Source: an uncultured Clostridia bacterium
GTDB lineage: Bacteria > Bacillota > Clostridia > TANB77 > CAG-508
NCBI GenBank assembly: GCA_934178475.1
Contig: CAKPQH010000003.1
Location: 50,315 to 114,314 of the forward strand
Direction: 5' to 3'
Length of the DNA stretch: 64,000 bases
Shown here: positions 10,284 to 20,542 of the stretch, one piece after another
Position numbering within the stretch: position 1 is the first letter of the stretch
Layout: each line of letters opens with the position of its first letter
Made by a program: the position numbers and the translations under genes
Notes under the pieces: model-generated
The model's input: the letters and a program-made list of their open reading frames with translations, nothing else
The model's database searches: none
Told to the model about the DNA's origin: nothing

Positions 10284-11372
10284 ATGAAGAAAAAAATAAT
10301 ATTATGTGTGAGCTTAATTGTCTTAATAGTTATATTAGTATTTAGTGTAGTATTAATAAACAAAAATAAAAAAGATGTAGATAGTAGCAATAGTGCTAAT
10401 ATGAAAAATACAGAAGGAATAGAGACGGTCTTAACATTAGAAGATGAGATAAAAGATGATACAATATGGTGTGGTACATTTCAGCTTATATGGAATGACT
10501 TAAAAAATGATTTAGCAAAACAAGATATAGCGTTTATGCCTAAACAACTAAAAGTAGTTGAAAATTTAAACAAAGAAACGTTTAAAAAGGAATATTTAAC
10601 GGATAAATATTATTATAAAAAGATAGGTATACCATCTTTAGAATTGAAAAAAGAAATTGAAAATGCCATAAAAGATAAATTTAATGAAAAAAGTAATATT
10701 TTGGATAACTTTGAGTGGAATGGAAAAAGTGAAAATGATTATTTTTTGTATGTTATGTTAAAAAAAGAGTTTGAATTTGAAAAAGCTTTTGAAGACTTAG
10801 ATAAAGGAGCTTTTGGAAATTTTAATAATATTAGTTATTTTGGAATAAAAGATGAAGATAGCAATGAAGTTTTAAAGCAGGTTGAGGTGCTATATTATGA
10901 TTCTAAAGATGACTTCGCTATTAAATTAAAAACAAAACAAGAAGATGAAGTTATTTTATGCAAAAATCCTAAAGGGGAAACTTTTAATGAAATATATGAT
11001 AAAATAAATGAAAGAAGAGATGATTATAAAGGTGATGTATTTATACAAGAGGGAGAAAAGCTAAAAGTACCAAATATAAAAATAAATCAAAAAAAGGAAT
11101 TTAAGGAAATTGAAAATAATAGTTTTTATTTTTCAACAGGTAAAACTTGCCATATAGATAAAGCGATTCAAACAATAGAATTTGATTTGGATAGAAAAGG
11201 TGGAAGAATTAAAAGCGAAGCAGGAATGATGGCGCTACTACAGGATAGTATTTCAATGCGTACAGAAAGAACGTTTTATTTAGATGATACATTTGCTATT
11301 TTCTTAAAAGAAGAAGGAAAAGACAAACCTTATTTTGCAGGGAAAATAACAGATATAACTAAATTTCAATAA
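10284..11372 (+). CDS. N-terminally membrane-anchored or secreted protein of unknown function
   Basis: It has a signal-anchor and no recognisable catalytic motif. It is co-oriented with and tightly spaced after the sigma and DUF4362-like genes. Confidence 0.3.
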   Translation: MKKKIILCVSLIVLIVILVFSVVLINKNKKDVDSSNSANMKNTEGIETVLTLEDEIKDDTIWCGTFQLIWNDLKNDLAKQDIAFMPKQLKVVENLNKETFKKEYLTDKYYYKKIGIPSLELKKEIENAIKDKFNEKSNILDNFEWNGKSENDYFLYVMLKKEFEFEKAFEDLDKGAFGNFNNISYFGIKDEDSNEVLKQVEVLYYDSKDDFAIKLKTKQEDEVILCKNPKGETFNEIYDKINERRDDYKGDVFIQEGEKLKVPNIKINQKKEFKEIENNSFYFSTGKTCHIDKAIQTIEFDLDRKGGRIKSEAGMMALLQDSISMRTERTFYLDDTFAIFLKEEGKDKPYFAGKITDITKFQ

Positions 11373-11393
11373 AAAGGAGAAATATAAAGGAAA

Positions 11394-12068
11394 ATGAAGA
11401 AGGTACAAATATTGGATATAATAGCATATTTATTTGTGGGGTTAAATTTGGTTATAGATTTTATGCCTAATATTAGTTTAAGTGTAAAGGCAAAACTATT
11501 TGTATATATTTTAAGTATTCTACTTATATTTGTTAATATGAAAATACAAAATAAAAAACTTGAAAATGATGAGAAAGAAAAAAATATAAGAAAAGGATTA
11601 TTAAAGATTTTTATTGTATATTCTATATTAATAATGACATTATTATTTTTAGATGGAAATTTTAGAATGTATACTTGGAGAAAAAATGTTAATATATTTT
11701 CTAAAGAATATTTTCAAAATTTTTGTAATATAGTTCCGTTTTCTACAATTATTAATTTTTTTGATAAAAGTGCAAAAGGATATTTAAATACTAGAATTTT
11801 AATAACAAATATTTTAGGCAATATATTGATATTTGCACCATATGGTTTCTTTTTGCCTACGATATTTGAGGATAAGTTTAAAAGTTCGAAAAATTTTATT
11901 TTGGGAATGATTGTAATTGTTTTTGTTGTTGAGGTTGTTCAATTTTTAACAGGATTAGGTTCTTTTGATATTGATGATATAATTTTAAATACTTTAGGCG
12001 CAGTTATGGTATTTTTAATCTTTAAAGTAGAAAAGATTAATATATTTATTAAAGATATTTGTAAATAG
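11394..12068 (+). CDS. VanZ-like family membrane protein
   Basis: 4-5 TM helices with the VanZ-like motifs NIVPFSTI and NILGNILIFAPYGFFLP. Confidence 0.6.
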   Translation: MKKVQILDIIAYLFVGLNLVIDFMPNISLSVKAKLFVYILSILLIFVNMKIQNKKLENDEKEKNIRKGLLKIFIVYSILIMTLLFLDGNFRMYTWRKNVNIFSKEYFQNFCNIVPFSTIINFFDKSAKGYLNTRILITNILGNILIFAPYGFFLPTIFEDKFKSSKNFILGMIVIVFVVEVVQFLTGLGSFDIDDIILNTLGAVMVFLIFKVEKINIFIKDICK

Positions 12069-12074
12069 AAAGAA

Positions 12075-12110
12075 AGAGCAAGAAATTTTAATTTCAAGCT
12101 CTTTTTTTTT
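12075..12110. terminator. Bidirectional rho-independent terminator between convergent vanZ-like and xpt
   Basis: Hairpin agagc...gctct followed by T10. Confidence 0.5.
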
Positions 12111-12709
12111 TAATCTATGAATTCTATTTTTTCTTTAGACATGTGTTTTATTCTAGCAAGAGAGTAAACATCATATCCAAGCGAATCTAATTTTTGTCTT
12201 CCTGGTTGAAATGATTTTTCAATAACTATACCAATACCTGATACAGATGCATTTGCTTGATTTACTAAATTTATAGCTCCTAAGGATGCTTTTCCATTAG
12301 CTAGGAAATCATCTATTATTAATATATTGTCGTTTTCTGATATATATTTTTTAGAAAGTGTTAAATTGTATTCGGTGTTTTTAGTAAATGATTTTACTTT
12401 TGTTTGATAAAAGTCACTTTTTAATATTTGAGATGTTTGCTTTTTTAATATAACAAGAGGTACATTTAATTCTAAAGCTGTCATAAGAGCTGGCGCAATT
12501 CCAGAACTTTCAATTGTAAATACTTTTGTTATTTTTTTGCTTTTAAAGTATTTTGCAAATTCAAATCCTATTTCTTTCATCAAGAATGGGTCTACTTGGT
12601 GATTTAAAAAGCTATCTACTTTTAATATATTTTCACTTAGTATGATTCCATCTTTCTTTATTTTTTCTTTTAATAATTCCATGATAACCTCCATATAAAA
12701 TAATAACAT
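12110..12709 (-). CDS. xpt: Xanthine phosphoribosyltransferase
   Basis: PRTase motif [14 protein letters not shown] and a typical Xpt N-terminus ([15 protein letters not shown]...[11 protein letters not shown]). The true start is probably the internal Met (MELLKEK). Confidence 0.8.
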   Translation of the reverse strand: MLLFYMEVIMELLKEKIKKDGIILSENILKVDSFLNHQVDPFLMKEIGFEFAKYFKSKKITKVFTIESSGIAPALMTALELNVPLVILKKQTSQILKSDFYQTKVKSFTKNTEYNLTLSKKYISENDNILIIDDFLANGKASLGAINLVNQANASVSGIGIVIEKSFQPGRQKLDSLGYDVYSLARIKHMSKEKIEFID

Positions 12710-12798
12710 TATTATACAATAAAAGACAAAAATATCAATAAATATATTTGTAAAATTTGATTTTTTTTGATAAAATGATTTAGGAAAAGAGGAAGAAA

Positions 12799-13389
12799 AT
12801 GAAAAAAGAAATTATAATAGCTTCAAACAATGAAGGAAAAATAAAAGAAGTTCAGCAAATACTAGAAGAATACAATGTGATACCAATGAAAAGCTTAGGA
12901 ATAGAAGTAGAAGTGGACGAAGACCAAGAAACTTTTAGTGGTAATGCGATAAGAAAAGCAGAGACTATAGCGAATTTCTTAGAGGGAAAAGTATGTTTAG
13001 CAGACGATTCTGGAATAGAAATTGAGTTTTTAAATGGACTCCCTGGAGTACATACTAAAAGATGGTTTAAAGGAACAAATAGAGAAAGAAATTTGGCTAT
13101 TTTAGAGAAATTAAAAGGCGTAGAAAAGAAAAATCGAAAGGTAAGAGTTGTTACTGCTATTGCAATGTCAAATGGAAAAAATACAATTTGTGCAGAAGGA
13201 GTTATTAAAGGTTATGTTGCAGAAAGTCCAAAAGGAGAAAATGGATTTGGATTTGATGAAATCATTGAGTTAGAAAATGGAAAGACATTAGCTGAATTGT
13301 CAAAAAAAGAAAAAAATGAAATAAGTTCGAGAAAAAAGGCATTGATTCTTTTAAAAGAAAAATTGTTTGAAAACAATATTGAGTTTTAA
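12799..13389 (+). CDS. rdgB: Non-canonical purine NTP pyrophosphatase (RdgB/HAM1 family)
   Basis: [16 protein letters not shown] and GFGFDEI motifs. Confidence 0.8.
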   Translation: MKKEIIIASNNEGKIKEVQQILEEYNVIPMKSLGIEVEVDEDQETFSGNAIRKAETIANFLEGKVCLADDSGIEIEFLNGLPGVHTKRWFKGTNRERNLAILEKLKGVEKKNRKVRVVTAIAMSNGKNTICAEGVIKGYVAESPKGENGFGFDEIIELENGKTLAELSKKEKNEISSRKKALILLKEKLFENNIEF

Positions 13390-13408
13390 ATAGACGGAGG
13401 AGATAGAA

Positions 13409-13987
13409 ATGAATTTTATATTAGCATCAAATTCACCAAGAAGAAAAGAATTATTAGGAATGATTGTACATAGTTTTGACGTTATACCTAGCGAAACTTC
13501 CGAAACATTAAGAGAAGGATTAAATGTTTATGAGCAAGCTACATATTTATCTTATATAAAAGCAAAAGATGTATATGATAGAACAACTGGTGATAGAATA
13601 GTTATAGGTTCTGATACAATGGTTGTAAAAAATAATAAAATATTTGGAAAACCTAAGAATGAAGAAGATGCAAAACATATGATAAAAGAGTTGTTAGAAG
13701 GCGATAAGACACATAGTATTATAACTGGACTTAGTATACTTATATCTGAAAATGGTGAATATAAAGAATATAAGACTTTCGACAAGGCTAAAGTTTTTTT
13801 GAAAGATATCTCAGATGAAGAAATTGATAAATGGATTAAAACCGGTAAAGCTATGGATAAAGCTGGAGCATATGGAATACAGAATGAATTTTGCGTTTTT
13901 GTAGAAAAAATAGAAGGAAATTATACAAGTATAGTTGGAATGCCTATTCATAAAGTCTATGATATTATAAAAAAATATATAGATTAA
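13409..13987 (+). CDS. maf: Maf-like nucleotide pyrophosphatase or septum formation protein
   Basis: ILASNSPRRKELL N-terminus and GSDTMV motif. Confidence 0.8.
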   Translation: MNFILASNSPRRKELLGMIVHSFDVIPSETSETLREGLNVYEQATYLSYIKAKDVYDRTTGDRIVIGSDTMVVKNNKIFGKPKNEEDAKHMIKELLEGDKTHSIITGLSILISENGEYKEYKTFDKAKVFLKDISDEEIDKWIKTGKAMDKAGAYGIQNEFCVFVEKIEGNYTSIVGMPIHKVYDIIKKYID

Positions 13988-14025
13988 TATAGTAAAAAAC
14001 AAGGTATATAATATTACCTTGTTTT

Positions 14026-14658
14026 TTAGCTATAGAGTAGAGTTATTTTATTACCTTTTTTTTGTATAATTCCATCATCTTTAAGATGTGAAAGTTCTCT
14101 CATCATTGCACTTCTATCAACACTTAAGTAATCAGCTAAATCTGTCATTGAACATGGCATAGTAAATGTTCTACGAACTTTCATGTTTGCTTGAGTGTCA
14201 AAGAAAGATAGTAATTTGTCTCTAATATTTTTTTTGGTTAGAAGTTCTATTCTTGTATTTAGATTAATAATTGTATCTAATAATAATAAAGGAAAATTCT
14301 TAGAAAGTTCTTTATGAAATTGACAATTTGATTTGCATTTTTTCATTATGTCATTATATCTAAAAAATAAAATTTCACAATCTTTTCTGGCTACAACAAA
14401 TAATTCATTATTTGTGTTTGTGGGATAAAGTGCTTCACCAAAAATTTCATTTTCGGAAAAATTACCAATTATTGTTTTGTTACCATTATAATCATATCTG
14501 ATTAAATCTGCTGCACCTTTAAGTACAATACATATTTGATTACGTTTTTCTATATATGTTGTAATAGTTTCTCCTTTTGAAAACTTTTTTAGATTACATT
14601 TATTACAACAAGAATTAAAAGATAGAAAAAAATTTGTTTTATCAAAATCACTATTCAT
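14026..14658 (-). CDS. Crp/Fnr-family transcriptional regulator. The probable start is the internal Met (MNSDFDK) at 14658; the ORF track extends to 14754
   Basis: N-terminal cNMP-binding-like beta-roll and a C-terminal HTH (RDKLLSFF...TMPCSMTDLADYLSVDRSAMMRELSHLKDDGII). An RBS GGAGG lies 8 nt before the 14658 ATG on the minus strand. A longer ORF would overlap the nrdD promoter. Confidence 0.7.
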   Translation of the reverse strand: MNSDFDKTNFFLSFNSCCNKCNLKKFSKGETITTYIEKRNQICIVLKGAADLIRYDYNGNKTIIGNFSENEIFGEALYPTNTNNELFVVARKDCEILFFRYNDIMKKCKSNCQFHKELSKNFPLLLLDTIINLNTRIELLTKKNIRDKLLSFFDTQANMKVRRTFTMPCSMTDLADYLSVDRSAMMRELSHLKDDGIIQKKGNKITLLYS

Positions 14659-14697
14659 AAGTTTTTCCTCCTTTGTGTAAAAATATATCATAAAAAA

Positions 14698-14711
14698 GTT
14701 GCAGATGCAAC
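14698..14711. promoter_or_regulatory. Perfect inverted repeat GTTGC-AGAT-GCAAC centred about 41 nt upstream of the predicted nrdD transcription start. It is a candidate Crp/Fnr-type operator
   Basis: The palindrome is read directly from the sequence. A TATAAT at 14733-14738 follows with class-II-like spacing. The element lies between the divergent Crp/Fnr gene and nrdD. Confidence 0.4.
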
Positions 14712-14767
14712 AGAATTTTGAGATTTTAATAATATAATGATAAAAAACGATCAATGGAGGTCGAAAA

Positions 14768-16894
14768 ATGAAGGTTATAAAAAGAGATGGAAGAATAGTA
14801 GATTATGATAAAAATAAAATTGAAGTTGCAATTGAAAAAGCAAATGGAGAAGTAAAAGGAAATGGTAAGGCAACTAAACAAGATATAAAAAAGGTAGTAA
14901 AGTACATAGAAGATTTAGATAAAAAAAGGATGCTTGTAGAAGATATACAAGATGTTATTGAAGAGAAATTGATGGAACTTGGAAAATATGAACTTGCAAA
15001 GAAATATATAGTTTATAGATATACAAGAGCTTTAGTTAGAAAAAGCAATACAACAGATGAATCAATTTTGGGATTGATAAGAAATGATAATAAAGAATTG
15101 GCAGAGGAAAATTCAAATAAAAATACTGTTTTAGCTTCAACTCAAAGGGATTATATAGCAGGAGAGGTTTCAAGAGATTTAACAAGAAGACTTCTTCTTC
15201 CTGAAAAACTATCTAAAGCAAATGATGAAGGAGTTCTTCATTTTCACGATGCGGATTATTTTGTTCAACCAATATTTAATTGCTGTTTAATTAATATAGG
15301 TGATATGTTAGACAATGGGACAGTTATGAATGGAAAAATGATAGAAAGTCCTAAAAGTTTTCAGGTTGCATGTATTGTTATGACTCAAATTATAGCGACA
15401 GTTGCAAGTAACCAATATGGAGGGCAGTCTGTAGATTTAAAACATTTAGGAAAATACTTAAGAAAAAGTAAAGAGAAATTTTATGATGAAATTAAGAATG
15501 AATGTGGGAAAGAATTAAAAGAAGAGACTATTAATAAACTTGTAAATGAAAGATTAAAAACAGAACTTAAATCAGGAGTACAAACTATACAGTATCAAAT
15601 AAATACATTAATGACAACAAATGGGCAAGCACCTTTTGTTACTCTATTTTTACATATAGACGAAGATGATGAATATGTGAAAGAAAACGCTATGATAATT
15701 GAAGAAGTTTTGAAACAAAGATATGAAGGAGTAAAGAATGAAGCAGGTATTTATACCACACCAGCTTTTCCAAAACTTGTTTATGTATTAGATGAATGTA
15801 ATTGTTTAAAAGGTGGAAAATATGATTATTTAACAAAATTAGCGGTTAAATGTTCTTCGAAGAGAATGTATCCTGATTATATTTCAGCTAAAAAGATGAG
15901 AGAAAATTATGAAGGTAATGTTTTTAGTCCAATGGGATGCAGAAGTTTTCTTTCTCCGTGGAAAGATGAAAATGGAAAATATAAATTTGAGGGAAGGTTT
16001 AATCAAGGTGTTGTAAGTATAAATTTACCTCAAATAGGTATAGTAGCAGATGGAGATGAAGAAGTTTTTTGGAAAGAATTAGATGAAAGATTAGAGCTTT
16101 GCAAAGAGGCTTTAATGTGTAGACATTATGCTTTACTTGGAACTTTAGCTGATATAAGTCCTATACATTGGGAATATGGTGCAATTGCTAGATTAAAACA
16201 AGGCGAAAAAATTGATAAATTGCTATATGGTGGATATTCAACAATATCACTTGGATATATTGGAATATATGAAGTAACTAAATTGATGACTGGCGAATCA
16301 CATACAACACAAAAGGGACATGATTTTGCAGTTAAATTAATGAAATATTTAAGAGATACTACTATAAGATGGAAAAAGGAAACAAACATTGGATTTGCAT
16401 TATATGGAACACCAGCAGAAAGTTTATGTTATAAATTTGCTCAAATAGATAAAGAGAGATTTGGAACAATTAAAGATGTGACTGATAAAGGATTTTATAC
16501 TAATTCATATCATGTTGACGTAAGAGAAAATATAAATGCTTTTGATAAATTAAAATTTGAAAGTGAATTTCAACAATTATCAACAGGAGGAGCAATTTCT
16601 TATGTTGAGATTCCAAATATGGAGAAAAATCTTTTAGCTTTAGAACAACTTGTTAAATATATTTATGATAATATTCAATATGCAGAGTTTAATACTAAAT
16701 CTGATTATTGCCATGAATGCGGTTTTAGTGGAGAGATAATAATTAATAATAATAATGAATGGGAATGTCCACAATGTGGAAATAAGGATAGAAATAAATT
16801 AACTGTAGTTCGTCGTACATGTGGATATCTAGGAGAAAATTTTTGGAATACTGGTAAAACAAAAGAAATTAAGGCTAGAGTATTACATTTATAA
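14768..16894 (+). CDS. nrdD: Anaerobic ribonucleoside-triphosphate reductase (class III)
   Basis: ATP-cone N-terminus (MKVIKRDGRIVDYD), a C-terminal Zn ribbon (CHECGFSGE...CPQCG) and the glycyl-radical motif RRTCGYLG. Confidence 0.9.
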   Translation: MKVIKRDGRIVDYDKNKIEVAIEKANGEVKGNGKATKQDIKKVVKYIEDLDKKRMLVEDIQDVIEEKLMELGKYELAKKYIVYRYTRALVRKSNTTDESILGLIRNDNKELAEENSNKNTVLASTQRDYIAGEVSRDLTRRLLLPEKLSKANDEGVLHFHDADYFVQPIFNCCLINIGDMLDNGTVMNGKMIESPKSFQVACIVMTQIIATVASNQYGGQSVDLKHLGKYLRKSKEKFYDEIKNECGKELKEETINKLVNERLKTELKSGVQTIQYQINTLMTTNGQAPFVTLFLHIDEDDEYVKENAMIIEEVLKQRYEGVKNEAGIYTTPAFPKLVYVLDECNCLKGGKYDYLTKLAVKCSSKRMYPDYISAKKMRENYEGNVFSPMGCRSFLSPWKDENGKYKFEGRFNQGVVSINLPQIGIVADGDEEVFWKELDERLELCKEALMCRHYALLGTLADISPIHWEYGAIARLKQGEKIDKLLYGGYSTISLGYIGIYEVTKLMTGESHTTQKGHDFAVKLMKYLRDTTIRWKKETNIGFALYGTPAESLCYKFAQIDKERFGTIKDVTDKGFYTNSYHVDVRENINAFDKLKFESEFQQLSTGGAISYVEIPNMEKNLLALEQLVKYIYDNIQYAEFNTKSDYCHECGFSGEIIINNNNEWECPQCGNKDRNKLTVVRRTCGYLGENFWNTGKTKEIKARVLHL

Positions 16895-16955
16895 TTATTA
16901 TGAGGGATTATTCTAAGTTAAAGAGTAATCCTTAATTTTATAGAGGAGAAGATAT

Positions 16956-17582
16956 ATGGAGTTTATAACTATTGAAAATAATACTGATGCAATTGTTACA
17001 GAGAAAAAGTCAAAGTTTATAGCTAATTTAATATATGTACAAAATAAAAAAGAGGCAGAGGAAAAAATAAAGGAAATAAAGAAAAAGTACTTTGATGCTA
17101 GACATAATTGTAGTGCATATAGAGTAATTGAAGATGGGGCAATTTATGAGAAATCTAGTGATGATGGTGAACCATCAGGAACAGCAGGAGCACCAATGTT
17201 AAGTATTTTACAAAAAAATAATTTGTGTAATGTATTAGTTGTTGTCACAAGATATTTTGGGGGAATTCTACTGGGAACAGGAGGATTGGTTAGATGCTAT
17301 TCTCAAAGTGCGATTGATGCTATTGATAAATCTGTAAAACTTAAAATGTGTGAAGGAACAGAATATGAAGTTAAGATAAAATATGAAGAAATAGAAAATT
17401 TTAAATATTTTTGTAATAAAAGAGATATTTCAATAATAAATATTGATTATGGTGAAAATATAATTTGTAATATTGAATTAGAAAATGAAAATAAAGAAAA
17501 TTTTATAGAGGATATACAAGAACAAAAAGTTAAAGTCTTAGAAAATAAAGAACTTTGCCAAAGATTAATAAAGAAAAAATAA
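16956..17582 (+). CDS. YigZ/IMPACT-family protein (UPF0029)
   Basis: The N-terminal domain with KKSKFIANLIYV...ARHNCSAYRV...GEPSGTAGAPML matches the YigZ family. Confidence 0.6.
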   Translation: MEFITIENNTDAIVTEKKSKFIANLIYVQNKKEAEEKIKEIKKKYFDARHNCSAYRVIEDGAIYEKSSDDGEPSGTAGAPMLSILQKNNLCNVLVVVTRYFGGILLGTGGLVRCYSQSAIDAIDKSVKLKMCEGTEYEVKIKYEEIENFKYFCNKRDISIINIDYGENIICNIELENENKENFIEDIQEQKVKVLENKELCQRLIKKK

Positions 17583-17709
17583 AAAAATGGAAAAAATTAC
17601 CAAAAAGTATTGCTTTTTAATTTTTCTTGTTTTATAATAAGAATTGTAAAAAATTTCCAGTTACATAAAATTGGATTTTACAAATATATATTTTTAGGAG
17701 GATAAAGCT

Positions 17710-18519
17710 GTGAAAGAAAAAATTACAGTATTAATTGCAGATGACAACCAAGAATTTGGTAAAACACTAGCGACATATTTAGGAAATCAAGAAGATATGG
17801 AGGTTGTAGCAATCGCAAAAGATGGTTTAGAAGCAATAGAAAAGGTAAAGGAAACATTGCCAGATGTAGCAATTTTAGATGTAATAATGCCTCATTTAGA
17901 TGGACTTGGAGTATTAGAAAGAATAAATAAAAGTAGTTTAGCTAAAAAACCAATTTGCATTATGTTATCAGCTGTTGGTCAAGACAAAATAACACAAAAA
18001 GCTATAAGTTTAGGAGCAGAATATTACATTATAAAACCTTTTGACATTGAACTATTAATTAAAAGAATTAAAGAGATTAAAAACTTTAAACCTAATCCAC
18101 CTAGTTCTCTTAATAAAAATACGAATCAAAGAACTTACATAGATGTATCATCTAAAAATGGTGATAATGATTTAGAAATATTAGTTACTAATATTATTCA
18201 TGAAGTTGGAGTGCCAGCACATATAAAAGGATATCAATATTTGAGAGAAGCTATTATGATGGTTGTAAATGATATTGATGTAATAAATCAAATTACAAAG
18301 AGTTTATATCCACAAATAGCAAGTAAATTTGGTACTACTTCAAGTAGAGTTGAGCGTGCTATAAGACATGCAATAGAAGTCGCATGGAGTAGAGGAGAAA
18401 CAACTGTTATGGAAAATATATTTGGATATACAGTTTCTGCTGCTAAAGGAAAACCTACTAACTCAGAATTTATTGCAATGATAGCTGATAAATTAAGGTT
18501 AGAGCTTAAGAGTGCATAA
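17710..18519 (+). CDS. spo0A: Sporulation master response regulator Spo0A (GTG start)
   Basis: Receiver domain ([26 protein letters not shown]) and the highly conserved Spo0A C-terminal DNA-binding domain ([16 protein letters not shown]...[18 protein letters not shown]). An AGGAGG RBS lies 8 nt before the GTG. Confidence 0.9.
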   Translation: MKEKITVLIADDNQEFGKTLATYLGNQEDMEVVAIAKDGLEAIEKVKETLPDVAILDVIMPHLDGLGVLERINKSSLAKKPICIMLSAVGQDKITQKAISLGAEYYIIKPFDIELLIKRIKEIKNFKPNPPSSLNKNTNQRTYIDVSSKNGDNDLEILVTNIIHEVGVPAHIKGYQYLREAIMMVVNDIDVINQITKSLYPQIASKFGTTSSRVERAIRHAIEVAWSRGETTVMENIFGYTVSAAKGKPTNSEFIAMIADKLRLELKSA

Positions 18520-18833
18520 ATTTGTTATAATAAAAATAAAAGGTACACAACATTGAGTGTATCTTTTATTAAAATGAGAATAAATTTGTAAATTAAATAA
18601 TGTTTAAGGAGAATATAAGAATAGATATATTCTCTTATTTGTTGCTTAGAAAAATTAGATTTTAAAAAGTTAATATTAATGACAGAAATAAAAGAAAAAA
18701 TTTTGTAAAAAATGTAAAAATATTTATAAAAACTATTTACTTTTTTATTTAAGTTGTATAAAATATAAAAAGCGAATTTTGTAGAAAAATGAATATACAC
18801 ATAAGAAAATGTATTATTGAAGGGAGTAATAAG

Positions 18834-20126
18834 ATGAAAATCTTAATGTTAACATGGGAATATCCACCAAGAATAGTAGGAGGGATAGCAAGAGTTGTAA
18901 ATGATTTGTCTAAAAGATTAATTAAAGATGGACATGAAGTAACTGTAATTACATATAAGGAGGGAGATGCACCTTATTATGAATTAGATAAAGGAGTTAA
19001 AGTATATAGAGTAGATAACTTCATGATAAACCCAAATAATTTTATTGATTGGGTTATGCAAATGAATTTTAATATGATTTCTAAAGCAGCAGAAATAATT
19101 CAAAAAGAAGGTAAATTTGATGTTATACATGCACATGATTGGTTAGTAGGTTATGCTGCAAAAACATTAAAGCAATCTTTCGATATACCAATTGTTACAA
19201 CAATTCATGCTACAGAAGCAGGAAGAAATAGTGGTATCCATGATGAGCAACAAAGATATATAAATGATACTGAATGGATGCTTACATATGAATCTACAGA
19301 AGTAATAGTTAATAGTAATTATATGAAATGTGAACTTCAAAGATTATTTGGACTTCCATTTGAAAAAATAAATGTAGTGCACAATGGCGTAAATTTAACA
19401 AGCTATGCTGGAATAGAAAGAGACTATGAATTTAGAAGAAGATATGCAATGGATAATGAAAAAATCATTTTATTTATGGGTAGACTTGTTTATGAAAAAG
19501 GAGTTCAACATTTAATTGCTGCTATGCCTAAAATATTAGAAGGATATCATGATACTAAACTTGTAATTGCAGGAAGAGGTGGAATGATAGATGAACTAAG
19601 ACGTGAAGCAGATGCACTAGGATTAGGAAATAAGGTTTACTTTGCAGGATATATGAACAATAAAGATGTTGGAAAAATGTATAAAGCAGCTGATGTTGCA
19701 GTATTTCCAAGTACATATGAACCATTTGGAATAGTAGCATTAGAAGCTATGCTTGCTGAAATACCAGTAGTAGTTTCAGATATAGGAGGACTTAATGAAA
19801 TAGTTCAACATAGAGAAAATGGAATGAAAACATATGCTGGAAATGCAAATTCAATAGCAGATGCAATTTTAGAAGTTTTATTTGACAAACAATTATGTGC
19901 TAATATGACTAAAAAAGCAAAAGCTAAAGTTAGAGCAGAATATAATTGGAATAAAATAGCACAAGATACACATTTTATATATCAAAAAGCTATTTGTGAA
20001 ACAATGGCAGAAAAACAACGTAAAGAAATTGAACAAGAAAAAACATCTAAAGTTAAGAAAGCAGCAAAAGCAACAGGAGAAATTACAAGATTGCTTGACT
20101 TTAGAAAAAATCAAGCTTATGCTTAA
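18834..20126 (+). CDS. GT4-family glycosyltransferase (Glyco_trans_4-like N-terminus plus Glycos_transf_1). The start is placed at an internal ATG with a good RBS
   Basis: MKILMLTWEYPPRIVGGIARVV N-terminus and EPFGIVALEAMLAEIPVVVSDIGGL C-terminal motif. The RBS is gaagggag. Confidence 0.6.
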   Translation: MKILMLTWEYPPRIVGGIARVVNDLSKRLIKDGHEVTVITYKEGDAPYYELDKGVKVYRVDNFMINPNNFIDWVMQMNFNMISKAAEIIQKEGKFDVIHAHDWLVGYAAKTLKQSFDIPIVTTIHATEAGRNSGIHDEQQRYINDTEWMLTYESTEVIVNSNYMKCELQRLFGLPFEKINVVHNGVNLTSYAGIERDYEFRRRYAMDNEKIILFMGRLVYEKGVQHLIAAMPKILEGYHDTKLVIAGRGGMIDELRREADALGLGNKVYFAGYMNNKDVGKMYKAADVAVFPSTYEPFGIVALEAMLAEIPVVVSDIGGLNEIVQHRENGMKTYAGNANSIADAILEVLFDKQLCANMTKKAKAKVRAEYNWNKIAQDTHFIYQKAICETMAEKQRKEIEQEKTSKVKKAAKATGEITRLLDFRKNQAYA

Positions 20127-20140
20127 GTTGGAGGCTATTT

Positions 20141-20479
20141 ATGAACGTATATGATACAGTAAATAAACTGGCACAAGAGATAAAAGAATCAGAAGAATAT
20201 GTTAATTTTAAGATGGCTAAACAAGTAATAGGAATGAATATAGAATATAAAAACAAAATTACAGAATTTGAAAAAGCAAGATATGAAGAACAATTAATAG
20301 AAATGCAAACAGGAAAGCAAGACATAGAAAAATTAAATAATATACAACAAATGTATAAAGAGTTAATTGAAATTGAAGAGATTAGAAAATATTTTGATGC
20401 CGAACTTAAGTTTAACGTTTTGCTAGGAGATGTAAATAAAATTATAAGTGAAGCAGTAAAAGATATATTTGTAGACTAA
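20141..20479 (+). CDS. YlbF/YmcA-family regulatory protein (RicF/RicA-like)
   Basis: 112 aa helical protein that resembles YlbF-family members in size, composition and its N-terminus. Confidence 0.5.
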   Translation: MNVYDTVNKLAQEIKESEEYVNFKMAKQVIGMNIEYKNKITEFEKARYEEQLIEMQTGKQDIEKLNNIQQMYKELIEIEEIRKYFDAELKFNVLLGDVNKIISEAVKDIFVD

Positions 20480-20484
20480 AACTT

Positions 20485-20516
20485 ATGCGTACATTATAAA
20501 AATGTACGCATTTTTT
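20485..20516 (+). terminator. Rho-independent terminator
   Basis: Hairpin ATGCGTACAT-tataaaa-ATGTACGCAT followed by TTTTTT. Confidence 0.7.
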
Positions 20517-20542
20517 AAAGTGATATCAAAGGGGATTTCTAT

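Noticed and set aside
10284-11372. Possible serpin
   Set aside because: The C-terminus (TFYLDDTFAIFLKEEGKDKPYFAGKITDI) loosely resembles the serpin signature. The N-terminal FSPxSI region and a convincing hinge are absent, so I left it uncalled.
12710-12798. Purine riboswitch expected upstream of xpt
   Set aside because: The 89-nt xpt/rdgB divergent intergenic region is almost pure A/T. It lacks the conserved GC-containing P1/P2/P3 elements of purine aptamers.
17583-17709. Spo0A boxes or a SigH promoter upstream of spo0A
   Set aside because: I found no convincing TGNCGAA 0A boxes and no clear SigH -35/-10 in the leader. I will not assert them without a transcription start.
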